From Octopus vulgaris (Eukaryota), in NCBI GenBank assembly GCA_951406725.2, contig OX597824.1, forward strand, positions 65,100,001 to 65,164,000: 64,000 nucleotides of DNA, in the 5' to 3' direction. Position numbers and translations under genes: made by a program. The notes under the pieces are model-generated. The model was not told where the DNA came from, did not search any database, and saw only the letters and a program-made list of their open reading frames with translations. Each line of letters opens with the position of its first letter. The first letter of the stretch is position 1. Of the stretch, positions 12,817-26,200 are shown in pieces.

Positions 12817-15800
12817 CTAGCAGAGATACCCAGCATTGCCCGTGTTACATTCAATTGAAGAATTAAACTTTTCTGTTATATTTTCTGTAATGAACTGGAA
12901 TATATATGTTCCGAATTTCATCAAAATTGCAGATGAGGGTTATTTCCCTCCTTACACAGCCTAAAAAATTGTAATTGTGCCACATGTATCCTTTACTGCT
13001 GATTTTTATGCGCATATTCCAAAATTCCAGTCTTATTGAACCTGTTAAAAAGATTTTGCTCTTGAAAAATGAAGGTCATGGAGCTCTAAAATGTGAGAGT
13101 TAAGGCCCCTGTTGGGGGTGGGCATCTTAATGTCAACCAAGGAAGTTGAATTGTTGAGAATCTTTTTAACTTGGATCTTATATCTATTGTTTGAATTTCT
13201 TTCAAATAGGAAATATATGTTCACTGGGTTTGTAAAAGAGAGCAAAGCTACAGGAAACCAAAAGACGAATGATCACAATAAGCAGTCAGCTACCCTACCC
13301 TAGTCATTACCACTCCCAGTGTAGGATTCTTCACCATCCAGGTGACAGGCACAGCCGTAAGATGCATTATGAATCTATAGCAATTGGAAGGACGTGATCC
13401 AACTGAAATAAATATTAACAATTGTGTGGCATGAAGGCTAAGGAAAAATGTGTCACCTCTGGAGTTTGCAAATGACCACTAAACTGATACGTAACTGGAC
13501 AAAATAAATTTACAATCTATAAATGTCTTTGAATGACCAGTCACTCATCGGGGAAGGCCTTGAAATCAAAGTTACCGTCTGGGGACTATATGTGACCGAG
13601 TGATAATAAAAAGACTGAAAGGAGGTCTGCAATCAAATAACTTTACTCAACACTTTGCAACTGAATCAATGGAGGCAAAGATGCAATTTGACAATTTATG
13701 CACTACACCCTAGCAGTTGAGGGAACCTGTGGAAGAGGTAGACCCAGGAAAACCTGGGACGAAGTGGTGAAGCACGACCTACGAACTTTAGGTCTCACCA
13801 AGGAAATGACTAGAGACCGAGACCTATGGAAGTATGCTGTGCGTGAGAAGACCCGGCAAGACTAGTCAGGCCATAACCCGTGGCCCCTACCTAGGACGTA
13901 GTCAGTCCACCTGTGCATACCTTCCTTCTTGTGACACTTGTGAAGACCTGTTGAGGCAAGTGAAAATCAAACAAAATCAAAATAGATGAACATCAATGGA
14001 ATTTGTATCTTTGTGGTACCAGTGCCGGTGGCACACAAGAATACCATCCGAACGTGGGTGTAGCCAGTACCGCACCGACTGGCCTCCATGCTGTGGGCAC
14101 GTAACAATCACCACCCAATCGTGGCCGATCGCCAGCCAAATCTGGCTCCTGTGTCGGTGGCACATAAAAAACACCATCCGAGCGTGGTCGTCTGCTAGCC
14201 TTGTCTGGCACCTGTGTCGGTGGCACATAAAAACACCATCCGAGCGTGGCCGTTCGCCAGCCTCGTCTGGCATGTGTCGGTGGCACATAAAAACACCATC
14301 CGAGCGTGGTCGTCTGCTAGCCTTGTCTGGCACCTGTGTCGGTGGCACATAAAAACACCATCCGAGCGTGGCCGTTCGCCAGCCTCGTCTGGCACCTGTG
14401 TCGGTGGCACATAAAAAACACCATCCGAGCGTGGTCGTCTGCTAGCCTTGTCTGGCACCTGTGTCGGTGGCACATAAAAACACCATCCGAGCGTGGCCGT
14501 TCGCCAGCCTCGTCTGGCTCCTGTGTCGGTGGCACATAAAAACACCATCCGAGCGTGGTCGTCTGCTAGCCTTGTCTGGCACCTGTGTCGGTGGCACATA
14601 AAAACACCATCCGAGCGTGGCCGTTCGCCAGCCTCGTCTGGCACCTGTGTCGGTGGCACATAAAAACACCATCCGAGCGTGGTCGTCTGCCAGCCTTGTC
14701 TGGCACCTGTGTCGGTGGCACATAAAAACACCATCCGAGCGTGGCCGTTCGCCAGCCTCGTCTGGCACCTGTGTCGGTGGCACATAAAAAACACCATCCG
14801 AGCGTGGTCGTCTGCCAGCCTTGTCTGGCACCTGTGTCGGTGGCACATAAAAACACCATCCGAGCGTGGTCGTTCGCCAGCCTCGTCTGGCACCTGTGTC
14901 GGTGGCACATAAAAACACCATCCGAGCGTGGTCGTCTGCCAGCCTTGTCTGGCACCTGTGTCGGTGGCACATAAAAACACCATCCGAGCGTGGTCGTTCG
15001 CCAGCCTCGTCTGGCACCTGTGTCGGTGGCACATAAAAAAACACCATCCGAGCGTGGTCGTCTGCCAGCCTTGTCTGGCACCTGTGTCGGTGGCACATAA
15101 AAACACCATCCGAGCGTGGCCGTTCGCCAGCCTCGTCTGGCACATAAAAAACACCATCCGAGCGTGGTCGTCTGCCAGCCTTGTCTGGCACCTGTGTCGG
15201 TGGCACATAAAAACACCATCCGAGCGTGGTCGTTCGCCAGCCTCGTCTGGCACCTGTGTCGGTGGCACATAAAAAAAAAAACATCCGAGCGTGGTCGTTC
15301 GCCAGCCTCGTCTGGCACCTGTGTCGGTGGCACATAAAAAAAAAAAACACCATCCGAGCGTGGTCGTCTGCCAGCCTTGTCTGGCACCTGTGTCGGTGGC
15401 ACATAAAAACACCATCCGAGCGTGGCCGTTCGCCAGCCTCGTCTGGCACCTGTGTCGGTGGCACATAAAATCACCCACTACACTCTCGGAGTGGTTGGCG
15501 TTAGGAAGGGCATCCAGCTGTAGAAACACTGCCAGATCTGACTGGCCTGGTGCAGCCTTCGGGCTCCCCAGACACCAGTAGAACCGTCCAACCCATGCTA
15601 GCATGGAAAGCGGACGTTAAATGATGATGATGATGATGATTGCAGAAATCACAATGTAAGTGTATGTCAAAGCAAACTGTTACACTGTTGTACCATTGAA
15701 TTACAAATAATGCTAATCTTTTATGCTCGGGTAACCCCACAGCTTCCTAGAGCACAAGTGTATTCGTTTTTGCTTAGATAAAATGACAAAATTGTGGGTG

Positions 15801-18800
15801 TTAAGTCCCCATGGAGGGGTGTTTCTAACTTGTAAGCAGATGAAATTTTATAAATATTACGTCATTTGTGTCTAATATCTATGGTTAAAATTTCATCAAC
15901 AGCAAAAATATATGAATTATCATGGGGGTTATGGCCCTTATGCACAGAATATAATTTCTAAATTTCATAAAGATCCATTCTGTACTTTTGACCTAGTTTT
16001 GGATCATAAAAGAAATTACTAAAATTTGGGTTAAAGGCCCCTATTAGTGTTATATATATATAGAGAGAGAGAGATACACACACACACACAAAGATAAATT
16101 GATAGATACAACTGAGTGGGCAAACAAAAATATGAGACACAGCCTAGTGCTTTTTTTATGTTGATAAGCCTGGTACTTATTCTATTATTTTGTTCTTGTG
16201 AAACCAGTAAGTTATGGGGATGTAAATAAATGAACAGCAGTTGTGAAGCAGTGATGAGGGTGAAACACAGAGACAAAGACACACACATACACTTACATAT
16301 ATACATATATATATACAATTGATTTCTTTCAGTTTCTGTCTACAAAATCCACTGACAAGGCTTTGGTTGGTCCGAGGCTATAGCAGAAGACACATGCCAA
16401 GTTACCACACAGTGGGACTGAACTGAGGACCATGTGTTTTGGAACCAAGTTTGTTACCATACAGCCACACCTGCACCTATGTTTGTGTGTGGGTGTGTGT
16501 ATGTGTGTATATATGTATGCATGTATATATGTGTACATATTACATGTACATCTATATGTATATACATCTCCACATACATGTATACATATACATGTATATA
16601 TATACATGTATATGTATACATCTATATATACACATGTAAATTTAAATTTAAAATAATAAGGGTGAAAAATTGAATATTAATTTGATTGATATGAATTGAA
16701 AACCAGTGGTGTAGCATATAAGACCATAGCGGATCTTCTTCTAGCAGAATGGATGTCCACTGTTAATGGTTCATCACTCTTATATAATAGTTTCAGTATT
16801 AAAGTGAAAGTATCTAACATTACAATAGAAAGATGTTTTTGTTTCACTTTTAACATGTAATATTGAAATAGTGGAGAAGGTATGATATTGCTGTGGGCTC
16901 GCTCTAGGCATGAAGTTAAACATTTTTGCCCATGACACTACATGGACCCTAAGTAAGGCATGTGTGAAATTTGGATGAAATTGGTTGTGTAGTTCTCAAG
17001 TTTTAGGGATTCACACAGACAGACAGACACACATTCTTAGTTTTATAGATATATATATATCGTTGCTATTATGCAAAAGTGTCATTTGTCCAAAACATTG
17101 CTTTTTCAGAAAACAAAAACATAGTTTCGCTATTCCATAGCAAAACCGTTGTACTATACTTTGACAATTTTTGATATCTTGGCATCTGAAGCTGGAGATG
17201 TGGTAGTTTGACTAAAAGAACTGGCTATTGCAAGCATAAATAAATATTGAGAAAAAAAAATGCATTTAGCCAAATTTGGACATACCACAGTTTAACATAT
17301 TAACAATGATACGTATGTGACAGGCTTCTTTCAGTTCCATCAACCAAATCCACTCACAAGGCTTTGGATGGCCCCGGACTAAGTAGAAGGCACTTACTCA
17401 AGATGCCACGCAGTGGGTTTGAACCCGAAACTATGTGGTTGGGAAGCGAATATCTTACCACACAGTCATGTATTAAAGAACTGATAATATATTAAGAGGC
17501 TTCTTAATAGCAGGATTCCAAGATACTAGAAAAGGAAGCTGCCAATAATTTATTATATACTTGACTTTATGAAAACAAACTGACAATTTGAAAGTTCTCA
17601 TTAAGTCTATATTTCATCAACAAAAAAAAAACATATGAATCATCACCATCATCATACCATCCACTTTTCCTTGCTTTAACAAAGCATTTTGTTATTTACC
17701 TGTCTCCTTTGTGAGCACCGCCTTTAGTCAAACAAATCAACCCCAGGACTTACTCTTTGTAAGCCTAGTACTTATCCTATCGGTCTCTTTTGCCAAACCA
17801 CTAAGTTACAGGGAAGTAAACACACTAACATTGGTGGTCATTAAATGTACCAAACAAAGCAGTATAGTAGTCAAATCTGTTTCAACTCATATCCTATCAC
17901 CGTAAACAGTGGACAGTGTAGTTTCTTCTCATATACAAAAGGATGGGATAGTTACAGCTGCAGTGTCTTTGATTATTGATCTACTTAATCAAGACTAATC
18001 TGAGGTTAAACAACAACAACAACAGATGTTCTCTTTGTGTACAAATATCAAGATGTAGGATCTATGTATTAGAGTAATGAGACTTTATATTAAAGAAACA
18101 TGAACACAATGAGAATAAAAAACCAGCAAAGACTAGAAAGAAAGGAGACTATGTATATGTATATTTATTGACTAAAGAATTGATACTTGAAGAAAGCAAC
18201 TCAAAATGAAGCATACAATTGAAATACAGAATAGAAACTGTACTAATTGGATGTAGGATTTAGAGATAAGTGTTAACTATAGTAGATGTGTGTTGGAGTT
18301 ATACTAGCATAGCAAAGTGAACAAAGCTAATTTTTAGAGCATGTTTTGAGTGCGTGATTGTTCATGGAGCCTCTATATGGTTGACTAGGTGATGAAGAAG
18401 TAGCTTTAAGATTGCCTTGAATGGTACATCAGGCTTCTCATGAGAGCTCCAAAAATATGGCATGAGCACAAGAACAAAGAGGGAATTTATACACTTATGC
18501 CAGTCTTCTCTGCTATTGTTGCTCAATAAGGGTTAGGTTTTGGTGATCACTGCTATCATGATGACTACCAAATCAGATTAAATGTTATATTTCGAATATT
18601 TTTCTACCCTAATAGAGGACAAAGCCCACTCAAACAAATTGATATTATTGGCAGAGATACATGAAATTGAAGAACCTACTAGAGTTAATAGAAATGACAT
18701 GCTAAATATCAGAATCCATACCGGGATGTTTTTCTTTAGCCCTGGGTCATCTTTAACCAAAGTGTTCCAGCCATGATCCTCCCATCCTTTTGTATTTTCA

Positions 18801-19656
18801 GGCAATGTTTTCACAACATTGTTTAATGTGTGCCTCTTATTTTTAAAATGATAAGCTGTAGTTTGTTAGGAATTTGGCTGCTATTTCTAGCATGCCGAGC
18901 ACCCATGTAGAAGCTTCTCTCATTGGTTCATGCCAGCATGTTGATACTGATTATGATAGTTATTTTATTTTCTAGGTGAAAAACCTTTTGTTTGTTATGA
19001 ATGTGGGAAAACATTTTCTCAGAGTGGTAGCCGCACAGTTCACATCAAGAGACACCACGGGCTCCTTTCTAAAAAAGTGAAGAAAGAGATTGAACAGTTA
19101 CCTTCAAAAGAAAATTCTAGAACAAAAGAAAATAGTCCAAACATTTTTGTTTTGAGAAATTCAGAAGAGAATGAAGAAAGCCTTTTGCAATACCAAGGTA
19201 ACTATAAAAATCATTTTAAACTAAGACATAGTATATTTTAGAGTTATGCTTTTTCAGCAAACAACTTGATCTGGGATAACATATTATAACTGAAGCAATT
19301 ACATGTTGAAAATCTTGATAGCTATTCACACACACACACACACACACACGTATCTTCTCGACACCTGTTCTTGTTCCTCTAGTATACTCTAGCATCTCAA
19401 CACTTGGCACAAAGCCACCCCCCCCCCCCATACAGTTTAGGTGTCTTGTCTTATGTGTTACTTGGTGACCTCACTAGTGCTGGTGCCATGAAACAAAAGT
19501 ATTCAACCCACTGTAGAAAAGTTGTTAACAAGGGTGTCAAGCAAAAACAGACATTGAAGCTCAATGCAGTCTACTGGCTTGTTGGATCCTGTCAAACCAT
19601 CCAGCTAATACCAGTGTGGAACATAGATGTTAAAAGATGATGACTTTAAATATATA

Positions 19657-19699
<43 letters not shown>

Positions 19700-21385
19700 C
19701 AAAAAAGTATATTTCACAGTTAATTTATAATTTAATTACTTTAAACAGCTGTTTCATTAGGAATAAACATCATTATAATTATTTAAAATTAATTTAAAGC
19801 AATGTTTATCCCAAATTATCAGGAATATTATACTAGTCATAAATTGTTGCTGGTTTGTATATGTGTGTGGTAAGAAGTTTGCTTCCAAACTACGTGGTTG
19901 CCAGTCCCCTGTATGGTACCTTGAGCAAGTGTCTTCTACTATAGCCCTGGGCAGATCAAACCTTTGTGAATGGATTTAAGAAATCCACTTATGTGTGTGT
20001 ACATATATATATATATATACACAGGGTGCAATGGGTAAATTGTCGCCATTTTCTGTTTTTAATTTCGCATATGCACATTGTTTTTGTTTTTTTATTTTGT
20101 CAACTACACAGGAAAGTATGGTCAGTTGGGCACCATCTGTGAGAAAAACAGCACCATGATGCAATTCACTCTGCCAGAAATTTGGAAACAACATGCTGTA
20201 CAGCTTGACATTCACATCGGAAGCTTCAATAGGAACATTTCAGTGTGTTTGGGTGTCAATCTGAGGACAGTGCAGAGGATTCGGAAAGAGCTAGATAAGT
20301 CTAATGGTGATTACAAAGGTACGGATTTGGAGAACTAACTCGGACCATTTCAATAAGAAAAGAACTCCTACATTTAATGGTGAGATCCAGGCCATGATTG
20401 ACAACAATCCCTCCAACTCAATCAGGTCCTTTGCCAGAGACATGGGAGTGTCTGAGTTTCTTATTAGGTAGGTAGTGCATAAAGACATTCGGTTCTCCTC
20501 ATACAAGATTAGAGAAAGCCAATTTTTATCCCAAGCCATCAAGAACAAGAGGAAAGACTGTGCTACAAAACTTTTGAACAAACTCAAGCATCCCCTCCAA
20601 CCAAACATGCTTTGGTTTTTCTCAGATGAGAAAAATTTCTGCTAAAATCAGATGATGAACATACAGAACAACTGTTGGCTTGCCATGTCCCCAAAACATG
20701 TACCAAGAGTGATAAAAATCAAACATCCAGTCAACATCAAGGTGTTTGGAGTGATCACTAGTGATGGTGATGTTATGCCTCCATTCATTTTCCTATACGG
20801 CCTCAGGCTCAACCCAGAGGCCTACATCAAGTGCCTGAAGGATGTAGTGCTGCCCTGGGGCAAAAGGGTAGCTGCTGAAAGACCCTATGTCTAGCAACAG
20901 GACTTTGCACCATGTCACACAAGCAGGAGAACCCAGTCAAGGCTGTCAAACAATTTCTGCAACCACGTCATCCCTAACATCTGGCCACATAACTCCCCAG
21001 ACTGCAACCCCCTTGATAATTATGTGTGGGGCACAGTTGAGTGAGAAACAACAAAACTCCTTGTAACAACAAAGATGAACCGAAGGCAAGGATTATGGCA
21101 GCATTCACCAACTAAAACGAGGAGACCATCCAGAAGAGTTGCAGGATATTCCAAAGTCGTCTAGAGGCTGTGGTTGAAGCCAATGCTGATTTTATTGAAT
21201 AAATTTACTCTTTAGTATTTCTAGATATTTTTATGTAATTTTGGTAAATATATCTGTTAAAATGAGATGTCAGTGTTATTTTCATTTTTGCATAATTTAG
21301 GCGACACTTTATTCACCGCACACTGTATATCCACATGACCGACCAGACTATCAGATGTTACACATCACTGGTCACAGTGTGCTTT

Positions 21386-21419
<34 letters not shown>

Positions 21420-23086
21420 AGCATGGAAGGCGGATGTTAAACAATGTTGTCGGTGGTGGTGGCGGCAGCGTCTCCTTGCCTTCATATTGTATAGTAGTTG
21501 TAAGCCAGCGTCACCATCATGTAAATGGTGTCCTTTGTTTCCAATCTTCCATGGAAACATGTCTGGTCATGGGGAAACATTACCTTGCCTGGAAAGGGGT
21601 GATGGTTGGTGATAGGAAAAACATCTGGCAATAAAAAATTCACCTCAACAAATTCCATCCAACCCATGCTAGCATGAAAAAGTGGACATTAAAACAATGT
21701 GTTTGTGTTGTGGGGTTATAGTTATATTCCACTTTTTTGAAGAACAAAAATATATCTAGGCAGATATCTACATAGGCACAATTAATCCCAAAAATAAGAC
21801 AAAAGCTTAAGTTCCTTAAAATGACAACACCACTGTCCTTTGGCACAAAAGACCAGTGGTTAGAACAGCAGATCTTGTTCTAATTTTAATGAATCAGTAT
21901 TTTATCAGTATTCTCTGCAATCATCTTCAGGTGATATTCCTGAGTTAAGTTTGAATCTAAACCTGGACTCTCTTTTAATAACAGCAGATCCAGTTGTTAA
22001 AATAAAGATTACCAAGTTAGGTTCAAACCTTGATTTAGTTCAGGAATATCACCTTAAGATGACTAGAGAGAATATTAATGGAACTGTTGTGTCAGGGGAG
22101 AATCATTTTCTTTTTGTGCCTTATAATTAATACACTCACCAGTAAAATTTCCACTTAATTCTTATTTTTATTTTCCTAAAATTTTTGTTGCATCTTGCAA
22201 CCTTTTCAATAGTCTTGACTCTGTCCATTATTTACACTGCGTTCCTTTTTGTTTGTTTGTGCGCATGTGTGTGGAAATAAAAAATAAGTGGAAATTTTAC
22301 CGGTGGGTGTGTTAAATTATAAGGCACAAAAAGAAAATGACTCTCCCCAGACACAACAGATTATGCTTCAACACACAAACTCATATAAAGAATCTTGCAA
22401 TCCAAATCCAAAAACGAAATATTAATCGAACTGTGATCAACAATGCATCTATGATGAGGAAACTGTGAAAATTCAGCATTACATTATTTAGAAAAAAACA
22501 TAAAAAGCTCAGAAAAAATATGATCAGTTAATATTTATCAAATGAAATTTATTTTCATTAAGTTGACCAAATTATGTGCTTTGTTAATGATAACTTATAT
22601 ATGTTGTGGCCATTGCACTCAATCATCATCATCGTCGTCCCTTCAATCACTGAATACAAAATATGACTTGCAAGACTTCCATTCACGTGATTCTCCTGAG
22701 TAGACTGGAGCAATGTGAAATGAAGTGTTTTGCTCAAGAATACAATGTACAGCTGGTTTGTGAATCAAAACAATCTTGCGATCATAAGTGCAACACTCAA
22801 ACCACTAGGCCACACTGTTGAATTAAATACTATTGTAAACCATATTAGGAAACTACTTAGACTAATATTCATCATCATCACCATTTTAATGTCCTCTTTT
22901 CCATGTTTGCATGGAACAGACAGAATTTGTTGAGGCCTATTTCCTGTCATCAACCCTGACCTTTTTCCAATCAAGGTAATATTCCCCAAGATTGGATACA
23001 AAGAACATAGCTTGCATGACAGTGGCATTCATATTTACAGCTATTACATGAAGTCAAGGCAAGGAGACAGTAACACACACATACAT

Positions 23087-23123
<37 letters not shown>

Positions 23124-23131
23124 GTGTGTAT

Positions 23132-23173
<42 letters not shown>

Positions 23174-23180
23174 GTGTGTA

Positions 23181-23212
<32 letters not shown>

Positions 23213-26200
23213 CAGTGGGTTTTTTTCAGTTTCTGTCTACTAAATTCATACAAAAGACTTTGGTTGGCCCAGATCTGTTAGTAGAAGACATTTCCCAAAA
23301 GTGCCACACAGTGAGACTGAATCCAAGATATGTGGTTCAGAAGCAAACTTCTTACCACACAGCCACATCTCCACCTATAATATTGTTATTGCAAATTCAT
23401 GTTCCAATGTATTCAATGAGCTGATCTGTTTTCCTTTGTTTTGTTTTTTTTACTTCAAGACTTCCAAGGCAGTGAATCAGTTGTAATCACACAAGACATG
23501 AGTGATCACATTGTCACAGTAACAACACAGCCATCTGAAGACGATGGAGATCAAAGCCATATTGTATTGTCATCTCATGATATACTTTCTACAGGTAAGT
23601 ACATTAGAACTAACTTTAATACACTCCTTCTCTATAATCAAGGTCATGATTTTTTGAGGAGGAAATAATTATACTTTTGTTAAGATAGTAGGTGCAGGCA
23701 TGGTTGTGTAGTTAATAGGCTTGCTTCCAAACCATTCAGTCCCATTGTGCAGCAACTTGAGCAACTGTCTTCTATTATAGTCCCTGGCTGACCAGAGCCT
23801 TGTAAGTGGATTTGACAGACAGAAACAGAAAAAAGCCTGTCATGTATATGTGTGTGTATGTACACACATGTTTGTGTGTACCCTTATCTTGATATTTGAC
23901 TGTTTTGAATGAGAACCATTGTCACTCAAACGATGTTGCTCATTTCCCGTCGTCCTTGAACACATATCTGACCATGAGGAAATATGACCTTGCTTGCAAA
24001 CAGATAAGGGTTGGCAACAGGAAGGGCATATGGCTGTAGAAAATCTGCCTCGACAAATTCTGCCTGACCCATACAAAAATGGAAAAGCAGACGTTACATG
24101 ATGATAAGAAGGTGGTTGAAGTCTTGGCTCTGAAAATATATTTCTTGCTGATGATGGTGGATACATTAGGCAGAGGCAGACAAAGATACATAGAGACAGA
24201 ATGATTTTTACATTCATTTTTAATAGTGGCACAGGTTGTCAGGGTCTTATTAGGCCCTTATTCAGTGTCACTACCTTTCTGGATGGATTAGAGTCTACAC
24301 CTCTCTTGTATGTAACATTTTGGACGTTTCTATTACTGGATGTCCTTTTCTTTTATCACTAACAACTTTACAAAGTGAACCAATACATTTTATCATGGTA
24401 TTGGTTTTGCCCCCAGCAAAACTAAAGAATCTTCTCTACCCAACATTGTTTGTTTATTCATCCACCAGTGCAAGAGAAGTGCTCATCCCTGACAAGACTT
24501 AAGGAAAGTAGCTTCTTTCTGTGCTGTCTCAGAGAGAGAAGAGAGTGTTTATGATAGAAGAGAGTCAGGAAAGAGAAAAACTGTAATAGAGGGGAACGAA
24601 AATAAAAGCAGGAAGAAGAGAATCATGGACAAAGGAGATTGGTAGGAGAGTGGCAGGTTGAAAGGGACAAAGAGAGATAGGGTGATGAGAGGAGGAGTAG
24701 TGGAAAAAGAGAATGATAAACAGGAGGGTAAGGAAGAGGGGAACACCGGTAGAAAGTTATTGGCAGGAAGACTTAATGTGAACATAACTGGCGAGACAGT
24801 CTCAATTGTAGGGACTAAACATCCCAACTTCCACCACCATTATCATGTTTTGTTTTTTTTACATATCCATTTTTTTTTATGTTTGACCAAGTCTTCTCCT
24901 ACAGAACACTCAACCATTTGTCACAATCCTCTTTTATCCCTTTTGTAAGTTTCAGCCTCATGAAACTCAGCACTTCTTGAAGTAAATCAACAAACTGTGT
25001 GCATTAGTGCCTCCTTGTCCTGACATTGCCTAATAGTTGAAAAAAGAGTGTCACCATCATACAAGGAGTGTCATTTGTTTCCTTAACTTCTGTGAAAACT
25101 TGTCCTGCCATAGGGAAATATTACCTTGCTAGGAAACAAGTGAAAGTTAACAACAGAAAGGCATTTAACTGCAGAAAATCTGCCTAAACAAATTCCATCT
25201 GACCCTCGCAAGCACAAGAAAGTAAATATTAAAAAGGTGGTAGTGATCCCTCTACTTCTTTCATAATCCAATGTTATTCAATTTAGGCTAGATCAAAAAA
25301 ATGTGAACTAGATTTCTCTTTTGAAAAGATATGTTTCTTATTTTTGCCATTAAAAAGTAGAGAAAAGGCACTAACTGCCTTCTGATCCTATCTAAAAATA
25401 TATTCCACCTTTGTAGTTTAATTTTCAAAATGATCGAGAACTATGAGGGATTTAGTGAAATAAAACAAAAACAACTTTTGACTTAATAATAAAAAAAAAT
25501 GTATACCAACTGAAGTATAATATTACTGTTCATGTAATAAAGAGATTTGAGTCCAAGATTTGAAATTAAACATCGAACCCTTTAATAGAAGCTGTTCCAG
25601 GTGGGTTGGTATTGAAAGGGTTAAGCAGAACTTGTGAAAATGTTCATACCTCATTACTTAAAAGCAGGCTCTATCTTTTACTTTATTACAACACTGGTTT
25701 CAGTCATTGGACTGTAGCCATTTTGGGACACCAACTGCAAGTGTATACCTGGGGTGTGAGAAATATGACCTTTAAGTGCAGCCTTCTGGAAGAAAGCAAG
25801 ATTTTTTCCATTGAAAAAAAAACACATTTTTGTTGATTGCATCACTATCATCTTTACATCTACTTTCCATACTTGACAGATTGAGTGATTGTTACTATTG
25901 CAAGCTGCTACTTCCATAGATTGTCATCTGACTTAGTTGGTGATAGAAAGGGTTACATACCTTTTCTCATCATCAACCATTTTACTTAGTATACTGGATG
26001 TGTTTTTTGTGGCTCCAACACTTGAGAGGTTAAATAAATGGCCTCAGAACCTTGTGTATTCTCTACCCACTTATCAACTACTTTACAGAGAGTACTGGGC
26101 ACATTTCATAGTACCAGTTCTAGACATTCCCTCAAAGTGGTGCTCATTCATCACTGAGGAAATGCAAGTTCTTGGTTTTCTGTTGTGGCACAAATATAGG

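Larger units (their letters stand above)
12817..16064 (-). mobile_element. Non-autonomous Helitron remnant, interrupted by an RTE insertion
   Basis: 3' end A|CTAGCAGAGATACCCAG is identical to the Helitron end at 54623; a candidate 5' TCTATATATATAT end lies at 16064. Confidence 0.5.

Noticed and set aside
14161-15470. CRISPR-like array
   Set aside because: There are no unique spacers (only two alternating variants), no cas genes, the context is a eukaryotic intron, and the unit is part of an RTE 3' UTR.
14195-15604. Long ORFs of 469, 340 and 302 aa on the minus strand
   Set aside because: They arise from a stop-poor tandem repeat; the same peptides cycle through all frames.
16208-16226. SINE motif catccccataac resembling the vertebrate ZNF410 site (possible autoregulation)
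   Set aside because: The match is imperfect, lies in a ubiquitous repeat, and is not clustered.
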